Translations under genes and position numbers: made by a program | The notes under the pieces: generated by a model | Told to the model about the DNA's origin: nothing | The model's database searches: none | What the model saw: only the letters and a program-made list of their open reading frames with translations | NCBI RefSeq assembly: GCF_006345805.1 | Contig: NC_043016.1 | Span: 18,414,001-18,478,000, forward strand | Reading direction: 5' to 3' | Source of the DNA: Octopus sinensis | Taxonomy: Eukaryota | Length of the DNA: 64,000 bases | Shown here: one piece after another, positions 12,541-23,868 of the stretch | Position numbering within the stretch: the first letter of the stretch is position 1 | Layout: each line of letters begins with the position of its first letter

Positions 12541-12641
12541 GTCTTTACTGATGAAGTGTAACCTATGGTAGATTGGCTTAATTTAATTAATTAAGCTAAT
12601 TAATCATTAATGACACAGAAACGTTGCAACGTCTAAAAGAT
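12541..12641 (+). ncRNA. Type I hammerhead ribozyme candidate, second unit, GUC site after 12633
   Basis: Same core and stems as the first unit; CTGATGA at 12548-12554. Confidence 0.7.
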
Positions 12642-12760
12642 GAATTAGGGTAATGTTTTTAAATTTTCACCTAATTTCTGAATTATAATACTTGGGTGTG
12701 AGTTATGGCTGCTCTTTCTTCTGGGGACGAGTGACCTGTTGGGTCACTCCTAAATCGTTA

Positions 12761-12791
<31 letters not shown>

Positions 12792-12847
12792 CTATATTAA
12801 TATATATAATATATATATATATAATATAAATATATATATACGGAGAT

Positions 12848-12990
12848 AAATAGATAGACAGATAAATAGACAGATAGATAGATAGATAGATAGATGATAG
12901 ATAGATAAGTAGATAGATAGATAGATAAAGATAGATAGATAGATATATGATAGATAGATAGATAGATAAGATAGATAGATAGATAGATAT
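12848..12990. repeat. (GATA)n microsatellite
   Basis: Direct reading. Confidence 0.95.
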
Positions 12991-13527
12991 TACGTGTGTA
13001 TGCATATGTGTATACATAGAAAACTTAATAACACAAAAATTAATGAAACTAAACAATCACCAAAATGCACACACATGTGTGTATGTGTATGTGTGAGTGT
13101 ATGTGATGTGTGTGTGTATGTATGCGTGAGTATCGTGTATAAATAAATTTTATGAAAATTACCGTAAATATTGATGTTTGAACATAGATGCAAAATACAA
13201 ATTTCAGTGTAAACACGAACTCTCATAGAGTTGCATCGAACACACAAATAGGCTCTAATATATAGAGGGGTATATAGATTATGTAAGAGCTCGTTTGATT
13301 AATGGATTACGTAAATTTTGAGCAATATTTTGTATCTGTTTTGAAAGTGTATTTGCTTATTTATGTTTTTTTTTTTTTTTAATAATATAAAATAACTTCA
13401 AAAACTCTGAGTTCAAACAAACTCTTCGCATGTATCTGAAACTGGATTAATATACACTGGACAGATATAAGAAAACTTTTCGAGACCAAAAAAGGCGAGA
13501 TACATTCCACGAAACGCCAATTGCCAC

Positions 13528-13620
<93 letters not shown>

Positions 13621-13671
13621 GCATATACATATATATTTACATATGCATATATATGCACTCACGCATATATT

Positions 13672-14042
13672 TCTCTCTTTTCTCTTTCTCTTTTACTTGT
13701 TTCAGTCACTTGACTGTGGCCATGCTAGAGCACCGCCTTTAGTCGAGCAAATTGACCCTGGGACATATTCTTTTGTAAGCCCAGTACTTATTCTATCGGT
13801 CTCTTTCCGAACCGTTATTTCTTACTGCCCACAAGGAGCTAAACACAGAGGGGACAAACAAGGATAGACAAAGGGATTAAGTCGATTACATCGAACTCCA
13901 GTGCATAACTAGTACTTATTTAATCGACCCCGAAATGATGAAAGGCAAAGTCGACCTTGGCGGAATTTGAACTCAGAACGTAATTGCAGATGAAATAAGG
14001 CTACGTATTTTGCCCGGCGTGCTGACGTATCGCCAGCTCGCG
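13672..14042 (-). mobile_element. SINE B 3' half (13672-13814) abutting SINE A (13815-14042)
   Basis: Both match other copies in the window. Confidence 0.88.
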
Positions 14043-14050
14043 TATTTATT

Positions 14051-14102
<52 letters not shown>

Positions 14103-14116
14103 TATATATATATAAT

Positions 14117-14150
<34 letters not shown>

Positions 14151-14157
14151 ATATATA

Positions 14158-14223
<66 letters not shown>

Positions 14224-14381
14224 CTAATATATATCTATATAGATATATATATTATATATATATATATAATATATATATATTATATATACAACCTCGTAGC
14301 TTACTGCTAAAGCACGGTCCACTTTCGCAGATTATCATATGTATATGGCAAGGGAAAATGGAGATGGAATATCCGAGAAAT

Positions 14382-14591
14382 ATTATTAAACACGACAATT
14401 GTTCTGACGCATCTAGAATCGATCCCTTGTGGGTGGTACACTCAACAACTGGTTCAGGGGCATCAGGTGGTAGAGATGTATCTCGTCCGGTGATAAATAT
14501 ATACAACTCGTTAAAATGACTATTTCGCAATGCGACTTCTCTGTGAGGAATCGATGCGAGATTTGTCGAAACAATTGTAGTGATTAATAAT
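14382..14591. repeat. Family G fold-back, ~51-bp arms (14382-14432 / 14541-14591) with degenerate HHR-like motif
   Basis: Arms are reverse complements with several mismatches; right arm ctgtgag-gaatc..gattt-gtc-GAAAC-aatt-GTA. Confidence 0.7.
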
Positions 14592-14880
14592 AAATTCTTG
14601 TGTATTCCACCTTCTGTTTTTCATTTGTTATATATATATATAAGTATTAAATTTATTTCTTATCGTATTCTGTACTGATAAGAAGAAAATCCGTTGGATT
14701 AATCTCGAAATTGATCAATACAGAGATAACGCATTTTTAAAAAATTCTGTTAGCTTGCTATCCTTGATTCAACACAATGTGTATTCATAGTGATGTATAT
14801 TGTAAGTGGTGATTGACGATTTAAAGACTATTTCTCAGCATATTGGCATAGAATATTTTGCTTTTGCCCTTACTTATAAT

Positions 14881-15245
14881 TACTCTTTTACTTGTTTCAG
14901 TCATTTGACTGCGGCCATGCTGGAGCACCGCCTTTAGTCGAGCAAATCGACCCGGGACTATTCTTTGTTACGCCCAGTACTTATTCTATCGGTCTCTTTT
15001 GCCGAACCCCTAAGTGACGGGGACGTAAACACACCAGCATCGGTTGTCAAGCAATGCTAGGGGGACAAAAACAGACACACAGACACACACACACACATAT
15101 ATGTATATACATATATACGACTGGCTTCTTTCAGTTTCCGTCTACCAAATCCACTCACAAGGCATTGGTCGGCCCGGGGCAATAGCAGAAGACACTTGCC
15201 CAAGATGCCACACAGTGGGACTGAACCCGGACCATGTGGTTGGTT
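14881..15245 (-). mobile_element. SINE family B (5' end slightly truncated)
   Basis: Tail ggcggtgctccagcatggccgcagtcaaatgactgaaacaagtaaaagag, internal (CA)/(TA) tract, B-box gggttcagtccc. Confidence 0.92.
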
Positions 15246-15386
15246 AATTTTCACTTTTCAAGCTATTTTAATAACCTGGCCACTTGATGAAATCTTTGAA
15301 AATATTTTATCCTATATTAGAAGTAAATGCTATATATATTTATATTATATATATTTATATATATATATTTATATTTATATATATAT

Positions 15387-15451
<65 letters not shown>

Positions 15452-15722
15452 CTAATAATATATATATATAAATTAATCTTTATATCGAACTTAACATGGG
15501 ATGGATGTCTTTTAAGAAGCTGAATACTGCTTTTTAGCCTTGAGAAATCCTTTCATATAGGAGCTTGTGCATAACGGCACACACACAGATCATAGCATAC
15601 GAGAAATGTCTGTCGTGGATACCAAAATTATGATATCACATGATTTCCGTCTATTGGATCTCCTCAGTGGGAGTCGTCCAATCACCGCATGCCAGTCAAA
15701 TCTCGCTGCTATGATATGATAT

Positions 15723-16058
15723 CTCTTTTCTCTCTTTTACTTGTTTCAGTCATTTGACTGCGGCCATGCTGGAGCATCGCCTTTTAGTCGAGCAACACGA
15801 CCCCGGGACTTATTCTTTGTAAGCCCAGTACTTATTCTATCGGTCTCTTTTGCCAAACCGCTAAGTAACGGGGACATAAACACACCAGCAACAGTTCTCA
15901 AGCAATGCTAGGGGGACAAACACAGACACACAAACACACACATACACATATATGTATATACATATATACGACAGGCTTCTTTCAGTTTCCGTCTACCAAA
16001 TCCACTCACAAGGCTTTGATCGGCCCGAGGCTATAGTAGAAGACACTTGCCCAAGGTG
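15723..16058 (-). mobile_element. SINE family B, 5' truncated
   Basis: Matches other B copies. Confidence 0.92.
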
Positions 16059-16663
16059 TATTGAAGATCAGCAACTTTTCAGACTCTGATGTTGCAAATA
16101 ACTAGTAAGGTTCTTAAAAATTAATTATTAGCGACGGAAGCAGCATTGGTACCGAAATAGCGAAATTTCTATATCGAACTTAAGCTGGATGTCTCGTTAG
16201 AAAAGCGAATTTTTTACGTTATTAGACTTTAGAATTTCTCTTATAAGCCCTTCGTGCAAAAAATACACATTAATACATCGTAGGAAACGAGACATACAAA
16301 AAACACATTTTATCACCATGAATAGCTAACTCTGTTCAATTACTGACGATAGACAGATTGCGAAAGATTACATAAATATGAGTTGTTTGCTGCAACTGTC
16401 ATTCGGATAAAGAGCTCTGCTGTTTGATGTGATATCCCTTCCTAAGATATCACATCAACGAAAAAAACATACTATCACGTGCAAATTAATTTACAAATGA
16501 AACTAGCACCAAGAATGTATCATTTATATAAATGGTTACGCTGATTTTCTGAAAACCTACAACAGGATGGTTATATATATATATATATATATTATTTATT
16601 ATTTATTAATTCAATCGAACGTGACGCATCCATTTCTAATATATACCTTACATATAGATATAC

Positions 16664-16707
<44 letters not shown>

Positions 16708-17020
16708 TATAATAATATATATAATATATATACATTATATATATATAATACATATATATAATATATATAATAATATATATATATATTATATATTATATAT
16801 ATAGATATACAATATATAATATTAAGTTAGAGATAAACCACTATTAGGCAAATCATATAATATATATATATATATATATAAAATATATGTATATATATAT
16901 ATATATATGTATAGGTATATATACATACTTATATATATGCATATATTATATATATATATATCAATCTATATATATATATGTGTGTGTGTATATGGTATAT
17001 ATATATATATATATATATAT

Positions 17021-17175
17021 AGTTAATCCAAACATGAAAACTCAAAGAGGAAACACAATAGCGCGAGGACGTGTAACAAGTATAGTGTTATTTGACGCTC
17101 AGGGAAAGGATAGAACAAAGGAAGGGAAGACGGAGGAAAAAAAATCGCCAACGAAGCACACGCGGTCACATTTTG
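17021..17175 (-). mobile_element. Family D copy with an internal deletion removing the hammerhead
   Basis: Same ends as 1135 and 63584; the tttcgagc..cgtc segment is absent. Confidence 0.75.
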
Positions 17176-17689
17176 AATATATATATATATATATCAGTGA
17201 CATGCGTCGACTTCTGAGGTTGGTCATTCAATAAATACTTATTGGTTGAGCTTGAATCATTTTGACACTTTTTTTAACTAAGAGCACACATTTATGGCCA
17301 TGGTTTTAGACCGTTACGCTGTCAAAGGCTAATCGGTTGCTTTATCAGGCTACTTGCGAATTTCAGGAAAATACTTGACACTCACTCGAGCAGCCTCTTC
17401 TGATACTTACTGAGCTCCTTACACTGAAATACTACGTCTCGCGCTCATTGAACATAAACGCATATCCATAAACACACACAGAGTGAAAGACGGCGAAAAT
17501 TCAACACCATAAAAAGCCCTAAAACCATGAAACAAAAACCTAGGGTCTATTTTCATTTGTTGGGAGTAGTAAAGATGTGAAATATCGCAACATGCAAGGA
17601 GAAAACGAAGGAATTGTAAATTACCTATACCTAATGATGAAAGAAAATTTGAAAGAATGTCAAAGAAAATTATTTATACAAAATGATAT

Positions 17690-18010
17690 ATACTGTGATA
17701 GCCTGGGCTTCCGAGGCCCACAGCTCTTCAATATCCTCCCGAGACCTAAGAGATCTGCATGGGGTGGATGCAGATGTCTTTAAAATGAAACTGATCTCTT
17801 CTGGTCAGGTATCCCAGATGAACCAACTTCACGGCAGGAGGTGGCAGATGAGGGCAGCTGCATCGAACTCTCCCAATGCACCAAATGGCAATTGCTAAAA
17901 AAGCATTCGTTAAGTAAAATCATGTAGCAACACCAAATGGCGGTGCCGAGCATGCCACAGCTTGTGAGCTGAACTAATAAAATAATAAAAAAATAAATAA
18001 AAATAATACA
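17690..18010 (+). mobile_element. CR1-type LINE 3' end with 3' UTR and A-rich tail
   Basis: YCDSLGFRGPQLFNILP..LRDLHGVDADVFKMKL; UTR ggcggtgccgagcatgccacagcttgtgagctgaa then (AAT/AAAT)n. Confidence 0.8.
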
Positions 18011-18017
18011 TGTGGAT

Positions 18018-18322
18018 AATAATGGTCCAGTGGTTAGGGCAGCGGACTCGCGGTTGTAGGATCGCGGTTTCGATTCCCAGACCGGGCGTTGTGAGTGTTT
18101 ATTGAGCGAAAACACCCAAAAGCTCCACGAGGCTCCGGCAGGGGATGGTGGTGATCCCTGCTGTACTCTTTCGCTACAACTCTCTCTCACTCTTTTTTCT
18201 GTTGGCCTGCTCGCTTAGCCAGCGGGGTGGCGTCATTTGAAGGCCAAAACAATGCGAAGCGCATTGTGACCAGCGATGTGTAACAACATCTGATAGCCTG
18301 GTCGGTCACAGTGATCACAGTG
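18018..18322 (+). mobile_element. SINE family C head and body with a different 3' tail
   Basis: Matches family C up to ctctctcactc (~18195), then unrelated sequence. Confidence 0.85.
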
Positions 18323-19307
18323 ATATATATACATAAACACACACACACACACACATTGAAAAATGTGTGTGTATGTTTCAGATATTTGGACAAATATTTT
18401 GAAAATCCTAAAGCGATCATATAAAAGTAATAGTGCACGTGTGAGTGTGCGCGTGAATTGTAAATCAGTGTCAACAAAATGGAAGGATTATTTTAGTAAA
18501 TCAACAAAAAATTAATTAGCCATATTATATTGCTGATTTTAGAATTTTCGAAAATTCGTCCAGTACCGAAGACGGTTAATAATAATAATTTCAAAACTTA
18601 CGACAGGGCGAAATAGATATTCCAAAATCACGGCAATATTTGTGCTGATTAATTAAAAATTATAGGATTGTTAATATTCTATTGTGTTGGGGAAAGTCAT
18701 TTTCTTTTTGTGCCTTATAATTTAACACACGCACTGGTAAAATTTCCACTTATTTCTTATTATTATTTTCCTAAAATTTTCGTTGCGTCTTGCAACCTTT
18801 TCAATAGTCTTGACTTTTGATTGTTAATATGTTTTACTCAAACCCATTCAACCATTTAGTCTGTCATGATAGCGACATCACTTACAAAAAAATGTTGACA
18901 AAAATGAACTGATAGAACGGAAGGGAAAGCCCAAACTTTAAGTAACATGCGTTTTTCTCAGAGCATACCTTCCGTAGTTATTTTATCAAGATATAAAAAA
19001 GAATCTTCCAGTTATATTGACTTCACAGATAGACAGGAGAGAAATGATAGTTAGTGAAAAACAGGAAGGAGAGGACAAAAGATTTCATATGCATTTTTCA
19101 TTAAGCATGCCTAAAGGAAGCAAAATGGGCATACAGCAAATTATCGAATCTGGACGGGTTTTCTTTGAAACAGAGTAACTATTTTAGTTCAGTTTCCAAT
19201 AATTTGGACAACTTTTCAATGTGGTTATGAATACGTTATGTTCTTAAATTAATTTTTGAGTTATATAAAAAGATAAACGGGTATGCAGTGCATGACTTGC
19301 ACATAAA

Positions 19308-19468
19308 TACGACTGTGTCTTTCAGTTTCCGTCTACCAAATCCACTCACAAGTCTTTGTTCAGCCCGAGACTATAATAGAAGACACTTGGTCATGTGACA
19401 CGCAGTGGGACTGAACCCGGAACCATGCGGTTAAGAAGCAAGCTTCTTACACATGCCACACCTGCGTC
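19308..19468 (-). mobile_element. SINE family B 5' half
   Basis: Head and B-box match. Confidence 0.85.
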
Positions 19469-19513
19469 TATATATGTGTGTGTTTTTTGTGCTTGTGTGT
19501 GTGTGCGCCGTAT

Positions 19514-19555
<42 letters not shown>

Positions 19556-19692
19556 ATATTATATATATATATATATATAATTATATATATATATATACAA
19601 CAGGATAAACACATAAAGGTGAAACAGGGTGGAAAAAAGAGTACTCAAATACCAGGGGTAGAATAATATGCTTTATTAAAAGCATATTTAAC

Positions 19693-19738
19693 AAAAATTG
19701 TCCGACGAACGGACGTGAAACTTCGAGTAACAGGTTTT
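19693..19738 (+). ncRNA. Type I hammerhead-like motif, U4C variant, inside a short (TA)n-flanked element (~19598-19775)
   Basis: aaaattgt-CCGACGA-acg(ga)cgt-GAAA-CT(TCG)AG-TA-acaggtttt; flanking inverted repeats extend stem I. Confidence 0.6.
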
Positions 19739-21204
19739 GTTGAATTTTCTTCTCTTCTGCTTTTAAATAAAGTATATATATATATATCAATGTGTATATG
19801 TTTATATATATAATATATATATATATATATATCATAACTTGTGTCTGTATATATATATATATATATATATGGGTGTACACTCACAAACACATACTAATAG
19901 AGGATAACTGTGAGATGAAAAATAATAATATAATATTATTTTAAATTTCTACATTTAGTCTGCACTTCTCTAATCTGATATTACTTATCACCATTTACAT
20001 AATTAAGTTGTGTTAACAAAATTCTTTACCGAAATGTAATTATTTCTTATTGTTTTTACGCTATTCATTTAGCTTTTTGTTTCATTTTTTGTTAAGTTTA
20101 ATAATTTCAATATCACATTTAAAGTAATGTGTTATATTTTATTTCAAAGTAATATATTATGTCTTACATCTTTTTTTTTTTGTTGTATTTATTGCTTTTT
20201 ACCCCTTGCATATTCTCGATAACTTTTCTCATATACTCTGTTATGTATTTCAGTTTCTCACTAGACGATCATATGTTTACCACACACACGCACACACACA
20301 CATACACACGTGTGTGTGTGTGAGAGAGTAAATATACTTTATAAAAGATATATATATATGTACATATATATAGATACACTCTTATATGTATATGTATGTA
20401 TACACATATACGTACATATATATATATATATATGTGTATATGTATATATATTATATATATATATATATATATAATATATATATATAATATATATATATAT
20501 ATGCATATATGTGCGTGTGTGTGTGTGTGTGTATGTAGGTAGTAGATAGCTAGGTAGCTAATTAGATGTGGACAGAGTCCAAGATTCTTCAAGCCTCAAG
20601 ACTGGTGAGATTGATGCGGTTACTCTTCTCTTTAAAATATGCAGTTCAAGCAAATACAGAACAGACGCCAAAGAGAGATTCCGAAGAGCCGATATTGGGA
20701 AAAACAATGATGCTATATAACAGTAATCCTGTTCTAATGTCTGCGTATTTGTAGTTCCAAAACCCATATTGGTTCAAACAGTTGGCTGTATGAACGACAG
20801 GGTAGTAGACTAGCTACTCTGGAATCCCTGGGTCGTAGTACTGAACGTACAGAATCCTTGGGTCATAGTACTGAAAGTGCAGAAGGGAATAACGAAAGCA
20901 TTCGGAAAGTGGATGAACTCAATGGTGAGATGTTACTGTAGGCGTAATTTAAAAGTCCAATCTTTTTACTCATTGTGTCTCGCTGGCTCTAATAAAGAAT
21001 ATTGGATAAGGGTATGATAATGTACACAACGCATTATGTAGGTCATCTAAAACACAGCTATCTCTATTCGACAGAAGAACTCACCAAACTTATGTGTGTG
21101 TATGTGTATCTGTGTGTATGTAAAGGCAGAGAGAGAGAGAGAGTGGAGGAGAGAAAGAGAGTGGAGGAGAGAAAGAGAGTGGAGGAGAGAGAAAGAGTGG
21201 AGGA

Positions 21205-21254
<50 letters not shown>

Positions 21255-21476
21255 ATGCAAATCAGTAACAAAAATCATAATCAAATACAAAAACAGCAAA
21301 AAATGCGGGGAATGTCTACAGTTATGAAGGAAAAACTAAAGAGTAAAAGTATAACGTTTCGGACATATTCTTTCGTCGGATATACAACAAAAAAAGAAAA
21401 GACGAAAGAGTAGAAAGAACGAAAGGGACATATAAGGATAAAAAACCAGGAAAAAGAAGTATGTCGGTAACTCACT

Positions 21477-21511
<35 letters not shown>

Positions 21512-21517
21512 TGTATG

Positions 21518-21589
<72 letters not shown>

Positions 21590-21732
21590 GCACGCAAAAA
21601 TTGTTAAGATAAAAAATATTTCCTATTTCTCTTAACTTGAAATCAATGGTAGCCTTAATTCACAAATAAAGAAATTCTATCCACAATACAGTGGTGTAGC
21701 ACTTATTTTCATTGTTTGGCACTTACGTGTGG

Positions 21733-21792
<60 letters not shown>

Positions 21793-22050
21793 ATGTATGT
21801 ATGTAGTATGTATGTATGTAGTATGTATGTATGTATGTATTATATGTGTATGTACGTATGTATAAATTGTGTTGAGGTGCGTTTGGTGTCTACAATTACT
21901 ACTACGTGTAATAATCTTACCCGCCAATAATATTTTTGATAAAAAATGATAACATAACCCATCTAAATAGCCATGTGTGTATATGTATGCATGTATGAGT
22001 CTGTGCGCGCGTCTGAATGTATGTTAAGTTGCATGCGAGAATGTGTTATA

Positions 22051-22289
22051 TAGAGGATGTTCAAAAAGTCTCTCCGCAGTAAGCATTTAATGGTTTTTAC
22101 GGGCGATTCTGGTACACTGATCCTTTACTTGCTCCCCAGGAAAAGAAGGCTGGCGGTGTTAAATCAGTTTTGATCTTGGTGACCAAAGTCCCTTCGAAAT
22201 AATACGTTCACCGAAAACTCTTGAGTAGCGCATGGGATGCGTAAGGATGATACAAATTCACTGCGGAGAGACTTTTTAAAACACTTGAT
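22051..22289. mobile_element. Tc1/mariner-type MITE
   Basis: TIRs tgttcaaaaagtctctccgcagt / actgcggagagactttttaaaaca; TA at both ends. Confidence 0.72.
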
Positions 22290-22304
22290 ATATATAATAT
22301 ATAT

Positions 22305-22359
<55 letters not shown>

Positions 22360-22538
22360 CTATATAATATGTGTGTGTGTGTGTATGCATATAATTGTAT
22401 GTGTGTATGTGCATGCATGTGTGCGTGCACGTGCAAATAACTGAAAACTCTTTACACACATATTCTTACTTTCTGTTCTTACTTCTGTCCACTACAACAC
22501 CACACACACACACCCCACACACACACGCACATACACCA

Positions 22539-22573
<35 letters not shown>

Positions 22574-23443
22574 CAAGCACATTCACAGACGCACGACGGA
22601 CGCAGACATACATACATACATACAAACATCGCTTTGAAACGGCTGCTGTCCAAACATGTCCGACTTAAATTATTTTTAAACTGGCTATAATTATCGCTTG
22701 GCAAACATTAGTCTCTTTAGTACCGTAGCGAAGCTGAGGAATACCTTAAGTTCTTGCCAAACTAGAATCTTCTTTATATTCACCACATCACCTGAAGCGA
22801 ACAAGAACCATTACCATTTCGTGCAGTGAAATATAATAATTGTTTTCCATATTGCTTTGTTATACGTTTTTCTCTCTGTTCTTGCTTTGTCCATTGCTTG
22901 TTTTTTTTGTTTTTTGTCTATATATACTTTTCATTTTGATTTATTTATTTATTATACTTTAGCAATTACACACATATGTGCACACACACATGCTCACCCT
23001 ATACAGATATATATATATATGTGTGTGTGTGTGTGTTTGCGTTTGTGTTTGTATGTGCGTGTGTGTGTCCATGTGTTTGTGAGTTTTCATATATGCGTAC
23101 TTTTAGATATGGGTTACATACATACATATATATATGTATACACATACATATATCCATATATGTATATATATATATATTGTATATATGTGGGGGTGTGTAT
23201 ATATAATATATATGTATATATGTTTGATGTGGGGGTGTATATATATATATATATGTATAAATAATAATATATACATCTCCACTCACATATATATATATGT
23301 ATGTACATATATGAGTATATATGTATATATGTATATATATGTGTGTGTGTATGTATGTAGTGTGTGTGTGCGTAGTTACGAGTATGTATACATACTAGTA
23401 ACTACCTGCACACACACACACACACGTATGTTCGTGAGTATAA

Positions 23444-23543
23444 NNNNNNNNNNNNNNNNNNNNNNNNNNNNNNNNNNNNNNNNNNNNNNNNNNNNNNNNN
23501 NNNNNNNNNNNNNNNNNNNNNNNNNNNNNNNNNNNNNNNNNNN
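23444..23543. other. Assembly gap (100 N)
   Basis: Direct reading; true spacing and continuity across it are unknown. Confidence 0.99.
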
Positions 23544-23634
23544 CAGTTACTAGTACAGATAGATTAAACTTTATTTGTTCGATCAAAGTAAATAAGCTGC
23601 ATGCTTTTAAGGGGCTGGGATCTGCCGGTAATAT

Positions 23635-23868
23635 CTATTTCTTTACTACCAACAAGGGGCTAACCACAGAGGGGACAAACAAGGACAGACATAGGTATTA
23701 AGTCGATTACATCGACCCCAGTGCGTAACTGGTACTTAAATTTATCAACCCCGAAAGGATGAAAGGCAAAGTCGACCTTGGCGGAATTTGAACTCAGAAC
23801 GTAACGGCAGACGAAATACGGCTACGCATTTCGCCCGGCGCGCTAACGTTTCTGCCAGCTCGCCGCCT
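23635..23868 (-). mobile_element. SINE family A, full length
   Basis: TSD tctg(c/t)cggtaatatc at 23621-23635 and 23870-23884. Confidence 0.93.

Larger units (their letters stand above)
11685..12770 (+). mobile_element. Tandem array of a ~470-nt monomer (2.3 units) with one type I hammerhead per unit; retrozyme-like
   Basis: Units start at 11692, 12161 and 12634; bounded by (AT)n on both sides; no ORF. Confidence 0.85.

Noticed and set aside
16343-16375. CTGACGA...GAAA hammerhead-like spacing
   Set aside because: Stems I and II do not pair.
18770-18820. Minus-strand gttgc/gcaac hairpin followed by GAAAATTT
   Set aside because: Core reads CTATTGA (two substitutions) and stem I is absent; at most a relic.
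20566-20767. Short protein-like ORFs
   Set aside because: No homology recognised and no supporting splice sites.
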